A DNA stretch of 64,000 nt, taken from Eledone cirrhosa. Lineage: Eukaryota. Location of the stretch: positions 39,060,001 to 39,124,000 of the forward strand of contig OZ024744.1 of the NCBI GenBank assembly GCA_964016885.1. The letters are read 5' to 3'. The translations under genes and the position numbers were made by a program. Shown one piece after another: positions 46,919-59,449 of the stretch. The number at the start of each line of letters is the position of its first letter. The first letter of the stretch is position 1. Below the pieces are notes generated by a model, which worked only from the letters and a program-made list of their open reading frames with translations, did not search any database and was not told the DNA's origin.

Positions 46919-49900
46919 CTCACGGCGCATCCATCTTGCCATCGCGAACTCGCCTCCTTCTTCTGGCGGGTCTCGCGCAGCCCTAACACGTCGCACCTGA
47001 TCTTCTTCTCCTCCATTAGGTGGTTCAGTCCTTACCCCCCTGCCAAAGACCTGCAGTTGTAGGTGCATATGGCAAGGTTACTCCTGGACCATGGCGGCCT
47101 TCGGGAACCTGTGATTCTTAGCAGCCTCTCGTCACTCGGATTGCACTCCGCCATCGTGGAGTGACCCGATTGACGCGCAGGGTACTGGAGCCCTTTTCTT
47201 CGTGCTGTTTTAGCCATAAGATGACGCCATCCTACTGGCTGGGCGGGCAGGCCGGTACCTCTTCAGTTTAGCTAGCTTTTGAACTCTAGAAGATGATGAA
47301 TCATCTCTAGGACCAAAAGTCTGATACCTGTGTAGCATGGTAATACCTGCCAGGACATTGAGTCCCGCTACCGTAGCTATCAGACAGCCAGGGTCACCAC
47401 TGCGCCACTTTTGAGGCACTGAAGTAGGATTTTGCAGAGGGATGCGCCGTGAGACTCGGGAAAGCAGAGGGTGCCAGATCGGTCGGAGGTGTAGGGTTCA
47501 TCGTTAGCAATGAATAGGCTTCGAAGGTCGCTCCTTGCCAGTTCATATCGTCATGGATTGGTGTACTGAACGTGGCCTCAAGATCGTCAAGACCTACACT
47601 CCCACAAGTGCCAGTGACGACGATGAAGTGGAAGAATTCTATCGCCAGTTAGACAAAGTGCTAGCTGTGAAGTCCACTTACACCGTCGTGATGGGAGACT
47701 TCAACGCAAAGTTCCGAGAGGGACGGCAAAGGGAAGAGTATGTCGGAAGATTCGGCCTAGGATAGCGTAATGAGAGAGGAGAGCGTCTGGTCACCATGGC
47801 GGAGGCGAGATGGCTCTACATTGGAAACAGCCTATTCAGGAAGAAGGAGGAGAAGAGATGGACCTGGCTTCTGAGCACCGAAACGAGATCGACTACATCC
47901 TGGTCCTCAAGCAACGCATACTGCAGGACGTCTCCGTCATAACGCCATTCAACACTGGCAGTGATGATCGTCTGGTGAGGGCGAAGGTCGTCATCGACCG
48001 GATGAGGGAGAAGAAGGCGCTGCATTTGGCGTCGAAGGGAGAACGCGTCCGGGTCTTCAACAAGGCGCAGCTGCAGGAAGCCATCATGCAGGAAAACTGG
48101 CATCAAGGAGATGGCATAGACGCTGACTACGACTCACTGATAAGGAAACTGAAGGAGTGCTTGAGGAAGGCTAAGGGTGTGTGCCCGAGGAAGCGGAAGG
48201 GAAGAGTCTCGGAGGAAACTATGAAGTTGCTTGAGAAGAGAAAGAATATGAAGAGGACACCTGAAGATCACCTCGAATATTCCCTTCCCAGCAGAGTGAT
48301 ACGTCAACAACTGAAGAGAGACTTCGAGGCATACCAGATGGAGAAGCTCCTGAAGGCTTCAGAGGAAAAGAAGAGCCTCAAGAAAGGCGAGAGGGACATG
48401 GCAATGTACAGATCGAAGGTGACGACCCTGAAGAACACAGCTGGAATACCGGTCAGCAACAAGTGTGAGGTGGAAAAGGTTTGCGAAGACTTCTACACCA
48501 AGCTCTTCAAGTCTGCCAGGAATATGCAGCCGTTGCCGTCACTCCAACAGGAAGAAAATGAGCCACCCATCCTTGTCAGCGAGGTGGAAAGAGCCGTCGG
48601 CTTGATGAAAAGCGGAAAGGCGCCAGGGAAAGACGCATAACATCGGAGGTGTTGAAGTCAGGCGGAGAGCAGCTCTGGAAAATCCTCGCCGAGCAATTCA
48701 CACACTATCTGGACGAGGGAAGAATACCCTCGCAGTGGAAAGAGTCGAATACCATCCTGCTATACAAGAAGGGCGATAGAGAAGATCTGAAGAACTACCG
48801 ACCCATATGCTTGCTGTCTCACGTGTACAAGCTGTTCACGAAGATAATCTTGAACAGGTTATCACATCATCTGGACGAACAGCAACCCAGAGAGCAAGCT
48901 GGCTTCCGGAAGAACTACAGCACGATGGACCACATATTTACTCTGACACAACTGCTTGAGCGAACGAAAGAGTACAAGATGCCTCTTTGCGTCGCATTCG
49001 TAGACTACAAGAAGGCCTTCGACAGCGTCGAAATCAATGCAGTGCTGAACTCGCTGCAGAGGCAAGGAGTCGAGGCGCAATACGTTCAACTGCTCAAGGA
49101 GGCGAATTCCGGATGCACCACCAACATAGCTCTGCTGTCATCACCCGTACGAGTGCCGGTCGAGAAGGGAGTGAAGCAAGGAGATAAGATCTCTCCAAAA
49201 CTTTTCACCGCGTGTCTCGAGCAGATCATCAGAGGCATTGACTGGCAAGGCGGTATCAACATCAACGGCGAGATACTTGCCCACCTCCGTTTCGCTGATG
49301 ACATCGTACTCATCGCTGAAACCACGGATCAGCTTCAGACCATGCTGACGGAGCTCGACATCAAAAGCTCTGCAGTAGGCATCAAGATAAACCGTATGAA
49401 AACGAAGTTCATGCGGTCCGACAACGTACCAACAGATCGAATGGTGGTTGGCAGTGATGAAATAGAGGAGGTGGAGGAATACGTCTACCTGGGACAAGAA
49501 GTGAACATGCGCCGAGACATTGAGAGGGAGATCTCGTGGAGAGTAAGGGCCGGATGGAAGGCGTTCAACGGCATAAGGGATGTGCACAAGGGGAGGTTGG
49601 ACAAGACCACCCGTGCCAACCTCTTCAATAGCATAGTTTTACCTGCAATGTTATATGGCAGTGAAACATGGGCTACAACGAAGAGAGAAGAGCAGAGGCT
49701 GGTAACGGTTCAAAGAGCCATGGAGAGATCACTGCTAGGAATCTCGTTGAGAGAGCACATCAGGAGCGAAGTCATCAAACAGAAGTCCGGGGTGGGACGT
49801 CAACACGGAATATATGCGTAGCAAGTTCAGATGGGCTGGACACGTCGCCCGGTTCACCGATAATCGGTGGACTCGCGCAGTTGCCGAGTGGTACCCGCGC

Positions 49901-50080
49901 GAGCAGAAACGACCACTCGGACGGAAGGCCTCCACGAAGGTGGAGTTACGATTTTAGGAATATGATTGGGACTACATGGATGAGGAAAGCACGATCCAGA
50001 GAGGAATGGACGGCGTGCTGTGACCAGCGACGCTGAATGGAGGCCCGACTGACTGGTCGGTCAAGGTGATCAAGGTGATA
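46919..50080 (+). mobile_element. Full-length RTE-1-clade LINE with an inverted 5' segment (46919-47440)
   Basis: APE motifs GGVGF, MGDFNAK, NEIDYIL, GSD.RLV; RT motifs NYRPICLL, QAGFR, VDYKKAFDS, GVKQGD.ISPKLF, LRFADD, WAGHVAR. The APE N-terminus ICTYNCRSLA is on the minus strand at ~47040-47070. 3' tandem tail tcaaggtga x2. Confidence 0.92.
47261..47440 (-). ncRNA. HDV-like self-cleaving ribozyme at the RTE 5' end
   Basis: Minus strand: P1 cctctgc/gcagtgg (one mismatch), P2 cttcagt/actgaag, P3 gcc/ggc, L3 tcaaaagt, P1.1 ca/tg, branched P4 closed by ctggct/agctag, J4/2 CTAA. Confidence 0.75.
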
Positions 50081-50183
50081 AATATACATATATATATATA
50101 TACACACACATTTACATATATATATATATACATACACTTACGTATATATATTGGTCTTCCAGTTTCATTTCACATTATATGCA

Positions 50184-50700
50184 CTAGCAGAAAAACCACC
50201 CTTCGGATGGTTTTCTGCTAGCATGTGTAGTGTGTATATTGATATTATACACACATATATATGCATGTAAATAAAATCGTAATTGACAATATACACAGAA
50301 ATTGAACGAAGACTGCGTTACACTGTCTTCTGTAACCAGTAAAGTAATCCATGATACATTTTAAAAAAAGAGGATATTATATATAAACTGTATTAGGAGA
50401 AAATTAGCGACGGAAATATATGCGATTATAAGTGTTATAATATAACGGCCGCTAACCGGAAGTGTTGACATTTGAGAATTTTAAAGAAGTGAATCTTTAA
50501 ATAAGCTATAAAATATATTTAATCAACAGCCACGAAATTTAGTAGATAAATTATGTAATATTCATTCATTATTTATTCAAAGTAATATATCCTTACAGGC
50601 CAACCATTCGAATTTATTAGCTCAACAATTTGGAGCTCGTTAAGTATACAAGGATCAGAATTAAGAGTATTCCGCAGTTCACAGTAATAATAATATTAGC
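50184..50700 (-). mobile_element. Helitron-like element, copy A
   Basis: Ends in CTAG|t on the minus strand at 50184. Reverse complement of 52980-53160 plus 53980-54177. Confidence 0.6.
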
Positions 50701-50787
50701 TCGAAGAAGCTAATATTCTTCTATTCTTCTTCGAGCTAATATTATTATTATTACTGTGAACTGCGGAATATTCTTAATTCCGATCCT
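50651..50787. repeat. ~135-bp fold-back hairpin next to (TA)n
   Basis: aggatcagaattaagagtattccgcagttcacagtaat...agctcgaagaag / cttcttcgagct...attactgtgaactgcggaatattcttaattccgatcct. Confidence 0.8.
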
Positions 50788-50939
50788 CATATATATATAT
50801 ATATATATATAAGTATGTATACGTACATACATATATGTATACAGACGTATATGTATACATACGTAGTATGTATATATATATATACATACATGCACACATT
50901 TATCCGTTCTCCTATACTACGAGCTGTCTCACCTATGTA

Positions 50940-50978
<39 letters not shown>

Positions 50979-51120
50979 CATATATATATGTGCATATATA
51001 TGAATACACACACATATATATATTTATATATAAACAATGACATAGGTTTTGTTGATAAGAGTTATGTTAATAACATATATGAAGCACTCAACAAATAATT
51101 TTTATCTGGAGTATTAAAAT

Positions 51121-51305
51121 AATTGTTTCTACTTTAGGCACAAGGCCAGCAATAACCCAGTGCATTACTGGTACTTTATTTTATCGACCCCGAGAGAATG
51201 AAAGGCAAAGTCAACCTCGGCGGGATTTGAACTCTGATCGTAAAGGGACGTAACTATGCTGGAAAGCATGGCGTCCGACCCTCTACCGATACTGCCAATC
51301 CACCG
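51121..51305 (-). mobile_element. tRNA-derived SINE
   Basis: Family match. Confidence 0.85.
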
Positions 51306-51415
51306 CGAGTATTATAATAATAATAGTAATAAATGAAAAATATATCACTATAGTATTTCAAGGATACTAATTTATAGTATGCTTTCATCAGATAAAACAC
51401 AATATTTGATGTATA

Positions 51416-51455
<40 letters not shown>

Positions 51456-51545
51456 GATATTAAATAAATGGAAGCTATATTTATAAAACCATATTTATTC
51501 TATTATATATATTTCAAGGGTACCAAAAATTTTGGTACGCTATCA

Positions 51546-51840
51546 TCAAAGTATAACAATATATATTATATATATATTATATTGTTATATTTGGGAGGGT
51601 CGTGCTGCCAATTAAAACATAGGCACCTCTTGGTTTTCACTTCAAACAATTATAAATTTCCGGTTGACTGGTTCGATAACCGGATGATTGTTTATATATT
51701 GTCAAAGCTCTTTCGTCACACTTTCATTGACTGGGTTTCTTATTTTGTGTCCCTCCTTTTGTTCTATCCTACACTATCTTGTTTTTCTGTGTTGTGTGCT
51801 GTGTGCTTGGTTTGCGCATGCGTTACATCCGCGTGTGTGT
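51546..51840 (-). mobile_element. Decayed pLTR fragment of the main PLE superfamily; hammerhead partly deleted
   Basis: Similar to 12441-12750 (attgttata.ttgggagggtc, gtcaaagctctttcgtcacac, gcgcatgcg). Confidence 0.75.
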
Positions 51841-51959
51841 ATACATGTATGTAAGAAAATAAGTGTGTGTAAGTGCAAGTATATATATATATGTATATGT
51901 GTGTGTGTACGTGTATGTGTCTGTGTGTGCATGTATATATATATATATATATATATACA

Positions 51960-51993
<34 letters not shown>

Positions 51994-52290
51994 TTCATTG
52001 ATTACGTGTACATGCAATATTTATTAGAATGGTGTATACATTTTGGGGACACCCTGTGTGTGTGTATATATATATATATATTGTATATATGTGTGTGTGT
52101 GTGTGCCTTTTTCTGGGTGTGTCTGTGTAAGCATCTAAGCAGGTGTGTTTAAGTGTGTATTCAGATATACGTAGAATTTGTTCAGCTCTAATTCTGTTTA
52201 TAGATATAACATATTGTCTGTCTGTGCGTATAAAGTAGGATTTTTTATATAGTTGTGAGCGGGGTGGCGGTGCGTCGCTATAAGTTTCTA

Positions 52291-52716
<426 letters not shown>

Positions 52717-52832
52717 CGTCTATATTACATTAAGCTATTTCTCTTACTGGTAATAAGGTAGTAATAAATTACTGACCTTTCATGTTTATAGTTGTTTATA
52801 GTATAGTATATACATAACTATAAATAATATCT

Positions 52833-52865
<33 letters not shown>

Positions 52866-52899
52866 CATGAATACACACACACACACACAACAATTTACA

Positions 52900-54177
52900 C
52901 ATCTAAACTATAATAAAAGTAGGAGCGCGGAACTGCGTACTGTTTACAAATTTTTTATCCCATTAGTAAAATAAGTTGGATTACTTTGAATAAATAATGA
53001 ATGAATGTTACATAATTTATCTACTAAATTTCGTGGCTATTGATTAAATATATTTTGTTTATTTAAAGATTCACTTCTTTAAAATTTCTGAAATGTTAAC
53101 ACTTCCGGTTGGCGACCGTTTAAATAAACATACTAATTTTCTCCTAATGCAGTTTATATATAACTAGCAGCTGAGCCCGGTTGCACCCGGGGCCACTTTT
53201 TATTAAGTTAATAATTTGAAAAATATTATAGAAAGTTTATTATAAAGAAGCAGTTTCACGAAAAAAAATAGAAATATGCACTTGGGGCTGGACGGCGTAC
53301 AATGAGAAGTGGAGCGACGTGAAAAGCGTTGTTTATTAACAGCGAAATAGCAATGTCGATGATATGCAATTTGAAAAATACTACTTACTGTTAGTGGTGG
53401 TTAACATGTATTAGAATTAAAATAAAAACACGCGTCCCTTTTTCTTTAAGGGTTTTATTTCTTTTGATGGAAAACAGTGACCGTACTACAGAATCGATTT
53501 CATAAAACGGTACTGTATGATCGTTAAATGTAGAAGGATGATAGTTTATTAACAGCGAAATAGCAATGTCGATGATATGCAAGTTTTAAAATGCATATTA
53601 TGAAGGTTTGTATGATAGTTTACACTTTTTCCTGAAACTGCTTCTTTATAATAAACTTTCAATAATATTTTTCAAATTATTGGTACTGTATGTTAACAGC
53701 GAAAGAACGTTGATGAGTTTAAAAATTTGTATGAAATTGTAAATAAGACAAAAGTATTAGAACAGGGGGAAATAACTCACCGAACGCGATAGTTTTGGGG
53801 CCCCCGGGACCACATTTTTAGTGGATTTGAAGTTAGAGATTTGAAACCTCGTCTATTTGCTTCCTTGGCACTTTTTACATAGGTGTGTAAATGTTCATGT
53901 CCGTCCGACCACGTCTACTACCATTTAACCGTGCACATCTGAATTTCAACCACCACCCATTTCATAAATATATATTAGATATCGTCTTTTTTTTTAATGT
54001 ATCATGGATTACGTTACTGTGTAACACAGTCTTCGTTCAATTTCTGTGTATTGTATATTGTCAATTATGATTTTATTTGATGTATCATATCTACATGTAT
54101 ATATACCTGCGTATAATATCAATATATACACTACACATGCTAGCAGAAAACCACCCGAAGGTTGGTTTTTCTGCTAG
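52900..54177 (+). mobile_element. Helitron-like element, copy B, with a nested Helitron
   Basis: Starts near atctaaactataataaaagt, ends ...ttttctgCTAG|t, and is split by 53164-53979. Confidence 0.6.
53164..53979 (-). mobile_element. Nested non-autonomous Helitron
   Basis: Minus 5' a|TCTAATATATATTTATG; 3' hairpin ccgggtgcaaccggg then cagctgCTAG|t. It cleanly interrupts homology to 50184-50590. Confidence 0.75.
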
Positions 54178-55867
54178 TAACATAAATGGCATCAATGACA
54201 TCGGGTTTAGGGGGATCTGTGAAAACGATGGACACCGCCTGCTGCCCTAGACTTACCAAGTAAAAATGTATCATCTTGGTCCGCCTGGCTATAAGTCCAG
54301 AAATCCATTGGTTGTTGTTGTTGTTTAGCTCTAAGTGAGCGTGAAGTAACAAACTTATGATCAAAAGTCACTCAGCAGCGATCAGGTGTAGTACATGTAA
54401 AGATAGGCATTGAATTGGTTGTCGTTAGAACATCGGTATTCCGATATCAACTTTGTCTTTCATCTTTTTAAAGTCATATACTATAGTTAGCCCATCTCCT
54501 ACTCTCTCTCCCTCTCCCCAACATCCCCCCTCTCCATACACACATTCTTTCTGTCTCTGGAAGTAATCGTTTGTTCTCAGACCTGAAGAGAGAGATGAGC
54601 TCCACCAGGCTTAAAATGCCCAAAACACGCCGTGTACCACGGTGGCATCCGTACGACTCGATTAGAAGTTCAGGACAGCTTTATCTAATTTGGTCTTCCT
54701 CTTTTAAAGTCCGTATTCTCCTATTTGGGAGATATTTATCAGTTAATACTAGCAGGTTCAATAAGCACCTACAGTGGACATCGGTGGCTCGTTGTGTAAA
54801 TTGTGGACTTTTGCATCGTATATATCTTTTATTATTTGTCTTGCGCTTATGGTTTGTTGTGTAAGTAAGCTATAGGTGTGGTTTGTGCGTGCCCTGTTAT
54901 AATGCTAAGAAGTACGCTGTTTTGTGGGTTTTTTTTTTTTTGTTGGATGTTGCAGAGGTATTGACGAACAAAGCTTGTATGACATAATCCATGATGCATC
55001 TAATGTATTGTTTGTACAATAAAGTTTGTTTGTTTGTTTCATAAATGTAATCGAAATGTTTCGATTTCATAACTGTCCTTCACATATGCTGTAAACGTTA
55101 TAGGAATATTGTATGCAATGCTTATTGTGTATCCGAGTGAATGTGTATATGCGTGTGTGTATGTATTGTTGAGAGTTATTGGTTGGTTGCATTTGATGTT
55201 TTTGGTGCGGCTAGTATGAATAGAGAGAGTAAATTTGGTAAGCGCTACTTTTAATCTACTTCTTTAGAGTTAGGTTATTACATGGTCGAAATACGACTGA
55301 ACTTTCTGTGCATATACAGTCTGTTCGACTTTGAAGTACGGCAATTCGCTTTAACGCCTCTTCAAAAAATATTATTAAATATTCACTTTGCACGAATAAC
55401 GCGCTATAACGCGTGGTTTTTATTTTTATTTTTTTATTTATGGGAAAATTAGACTTGAATTACGCGAATGTGCTTTACGTGCCGCGTTCATGAACGTATC
55501 TTCACGCAAAAAAGCGAACAGACTGTATTTAGTTGGGTATAAATAAATGTTAATTTGGTTATGGGTTGGTTGTCTGATGTATTTGTACATTTCTAGTTGT
55601 AATGATGAGGTGTGAAGTTGGTGAGTGAGTAGTTGGTTGGTTGAGTAATGGCTAGTGAGTGAAGTGTGTCTCAGAGAGTTGAGATAAGTTTTACCATGTT
55701 CGAGTAAACAAGTAGTTGTACTCACTCAGGTGGAGTTGTGATGTGTGACTCTCGTGAACTTATATACTAATCTGAAGAAACAACAATCTCTTTCCTGTTT
55801 AAGGCTATGGCTGAAACAGATATTGTAACAAATAGCAGGTTGACTGATAAAATGACAAGTCAGTCAA

Positions 55868-56405
55868 TCATAATGGTGGCCTCCCCACAATCCCGGCGGA
55901 CAGAATGGAGAAGGCGTTTCCCCGGAGGACAGCAAGGGAGACGCGCTGGAAGAGCCATTCCAACTCGCGAGGCTCACACCTGCGGCTGGCCAGCTCAGTG
56001 CCTATGGTTGTGAGTAGGGAGATAGCCCTAGGGCCGAGGACACCAGAAGTCTCCACTGCCAAGAGTACGTCCTGTCGGAGAGCGACCGATATTTGGAGAG
56101 TTTGGCCTCCTCAGCCCGACGTGCAGCAGAACCCGGGTTAGTCGCAGACTGCACCAGATTGCGACTGGAGAAAGTGTCGCTGCAAGTGGCATCCAAGACG
56201 AGGGGTTTGCCACCGCGGAACGGAAAGATGGTCATACCATTTGGCCTTTTGCCGTCCCCTCGGTCCAGCCCCACCAGCTCAAGGTTGGAAGGTAAGCCTG
56301 CAGCGTCCAAGCCATGCTTTATGACCTCGTTGAGGGCAGCATGGCGTGGAAGGCGACCGGCACTGTGGCGACAGGAAAGCGGATGGAGGCCGAAAGAGTT
56401 GTACA
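55868..56405 (-). mobile_element. CRE-like non-LTR retrotransposon RLE C-terminus
   Basis: HPLSC.....RHAALN...GLDRGDGKRP.G.T..P...GK.LV.DATC.DT; AVETSGVLG...WLFQRVSLAVLRGNA. Confidence 0.8.
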
Positions 56406-56409
56406 CACT

Positions 56410-56810
56410 TGTGGTGTGAAGTAATATTAACGTGAGGAAGTTGATTTTTCTAAATCACACGGATAAGATTAAACATATGAAAAAGAAACCACCAATTTTA
56501 ATGTTTGCACTTATAACATAATTTATTTCAAAATTAGTATAGCTGCAGTGTGTTATATGTGTGAATGTACAATTCCAAAGTAGTAAAATTACTAACCTGT
56601 TGGTAGAAAGCTCAACTCGTGCCGATACCAACAGCGTTGGCTAGCGAGTATGTGTATAGCTACATTGCGAGACTAACCAAACAAGCTGTCTGCCTGTTGC
56701 GGAGTCGGAAAGCAGATTATAGTTTATGTCGAAGTCTCTTGTATATATAAGCATAAGTTGTGAGTGAATTAAATAACGAGACCAATTGATCTTCCTCGTT
56801 CTATGCCACA
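56410..56810 (+). mobile_element. Possible solo LTR
   Basis: TGTGGTGT...ATGCCACA termini, TATATAAG and ATTAAA near the 3' end; no TSD seen. Confidence 0.3.
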
Positions 56811-58869
56811 AAAAAGTGCCCTTAACTCCTGATCATGTCGCAGGTACGCCGTCATGACCCACAGCGTGTCTTCGGTATTTTAAACATGGCAGAGCCCATC
56901 CTTCTTCAGGTGAACACAGTTAATTTCTTTGAGAGAGAGAGAGAGAGAGGGGGGGAGATAAAGAGAGATAGATTGAACTGGTACTTTATTTATTAATCTC
57001 GACATGACGAAAGGCAAAGTTGACCTCAATGAGATACGAAATGTAGTTAGTCATTTTTAATCCAACTAAACGACTATGCCAATTCACCGTCATAAACTGC
57101 TAAAATGTCTCAAAAGAGTTATGGTAACGGTTGCCTTATAGCAAAAGCTGAGCTAACATTATCATTTGTCCTTTAGAGACTTCTGCAAAACTAATTGCAA
57201 AAATTACAAGCCCTATGTGGAGATCATCGCCAGACATTGGAACATGAAGTGTGTGAAACCTTGATGTGATAATGTAGTATCATGAGCAGGCGGCGATATG
57301 GCAGATACGTTAGAGTAACAAGTTAAAAATGCCTCGTTATTTGTTCTAGCCCACTATTCTCTGAGTTCGTATCTTTCAAGGTTAATAAAAAAAAAAAAAT
57401 TACCAGTCAACTACTGGGGTCGATTCTTTCTTTATCACTTCATCATCATCATCATCATCATCTCTCTCTCTGGGAGAAATCGGTTATGTTCCGATCTGGA
57501 GAAGGATGAGCTCCACGAGATTTAAGATGCCCATGGACGGTGCCCCTACGACTTCATGGGGAGTTAAGGATCCTTTACTAGTATCATTAGCTCTGCAGGG
57601 AATTTATAAACTCTGTCTTAACTGCGAGTGGACAAATAATAAATGATGGTAGCAGCAGCAATAGTAGTAGTAGCAGCAACAGCAATAGTAGCAGCAGCAG
57701 CAGCATGTTAGAAGTTATTATTATCGGTAGAGCGTCGGACAAATGCATTGTGATATTTAATTACGCCCTTTTACATTCTCAGATAAAAATCACCACCTCC
57801 CTCTCGCTCTCTCTCTCTCTGTTGCAACGTCAACAATCGAAAACAGTGAAAACAATAAAAACAAACACGTAGAACATTATGAAAATGTATTAAGTTAACG
57901 CTCGTGTGGAAGGGAAACAGTTTTCCACGACATAACGGGCTTAGTCGTTCATCAGGAAAGGAGCATGAATGGGAAGGGAGTTAGCAAAACGAGAAAGAGT
58001 AAATAAATCAAAATAATGATTTTAAAGTTTTTAACGTGGACCAAAGATGAGAGAGAGGATTGTTCTCTTCTCGGAGATTGTGAACATGAATATATGGGTG
58101 TCATCATGTTTGCCTAAAAGTGCGTATGCAGACGTAGTAGCTCTGGAAACGTTCCTGAAAGTTCAGTGCTAAAGTAAACAACGCAAAACGGAGTCTTTAT
58201 CGCATAAATAGAGATAACACCTTGATATGTTCTCTTTAATAACCAGACACAAATCAAGATGATAGACATCACCAAACGATCGAAAAATCCAAAAACTTGT
58301 TGTTGCACCCTTCAAGCACTTAATGATTTTAGATAACTTCACGCAATATGATGTCATATATTGTGATCTCCAGGCATGATAAAACCGGAACGTCAGCAGT
58401 CGGTCTGAGGAAGGAGGCTCGTGAGGTGATGGTTGTTGCAGCAGGTGTCGCTGACCATTGTCTGCAGAAATGCCTTTGCTATTTTCTCGGCAGGGCGCAG
58501 CCGAAACGCTGCTCCAACCTAGGTTGCTTGATAGTCCATGATTTTTACTTCATTTTCTTCCATTTATGGCATTTATAGTCCTTTCCTTTATTTTCCTATA
58601 CAGCCAGATTTGTCCTTCGTTACCTCATCTTCCTTTTTTCGTTACTCAATTTTGTTTTTATCTTTTTTTTTAATATTTCCATTATTGTATAACTTTTCTT
58701 TGTAAAATATAGTTGACATAAATTTTTTTTTTTAAATATTTAACTATTAAAAATGTCAAATATTTGATATTTTACAAATTAAAAAAATAATTAATTAAAG
58801 TATAATGTTATAACATTATAAACCAGGTTGAATTAGTTAACTCTAATGCCATGTACAATCACCAAAATT

Positions 58870-59035
58870 CTATTGAAAATCTGCAAGAATGGAAGAGGTA
58901 TCTGAGAGAAGGGACCAGGTTGCATCTTTCTCAAATATTGGATGATTTTTTTTAAAGAATGTATCTAATGTTGTGTGCATATTCTTGAATCTTTTCTCAC
59001 AAAATAATTCATGGAAACGGGATTCTGTGTCTGTA
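58870..59035 (-). mobile_element. Possible pogo/Tigger transposase C-terminal remnant
   Basis: FHELFCEKR...TTLDTFFKK resembles the Tigger-type terminal motif. Confidence 0.3.
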
Positions 59036-59199
59036 AAATCTCTTTGCTTTGATGCTGCTCCTTTGTATGGTGGGCCTGTAACTCCTAGAGGAGTCATAGG
59101 GTCGTCATATTGACATACAGCGTTTCTTGGGAATTTTGAAACCCGGCAGAGACCATCTCCTCTCCTGGTCTCAATATAGCAGATTTCTTCCAGAGAAAG

Positions 59200-59345
59200 A
59201 GATATAGAGGAAGAATCGACCCTTTAATATCGTCCTTAAATGAATGAAAGGCAAAATTGACCTCAGCGGGATTTGAACTCAGAGAGTCGGGACGAATACT
59301 GCAACGCCTTCTGTCCGACGTTCTACCTACACTGCCAATTAGCTG
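59200..59345 (-). mobile_element. tRNA-derived SINE (partial)
   Basis: atgaaaggcaaaattgacctcagcgggatttgaactcag. Confidence 0.7.
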
Positions 59346-59449
59346 CCTTGCTGCTGCTTTAGTCATTGTAATTCTCAGTAAACTGGTCGAAGATGTTCTA
59401 AAACTTAATACTGTTATTGAAGAATTCAATAGTAAGAATTTTTCTAGTG

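Noticed and set aside
55765-55835. CTGAAGA ... GAAA-cagatattg-TA hammerhead-like motif
   Set aside because: Stems I and II do not pair convincingly; at best a decayed relic.
57920-58520. Hammerhead-like cores at ~57925-57958 (-) and 58406-58520 (+)
   Set aside because: GAAA or stems are corrupted, so they cannot be supported.
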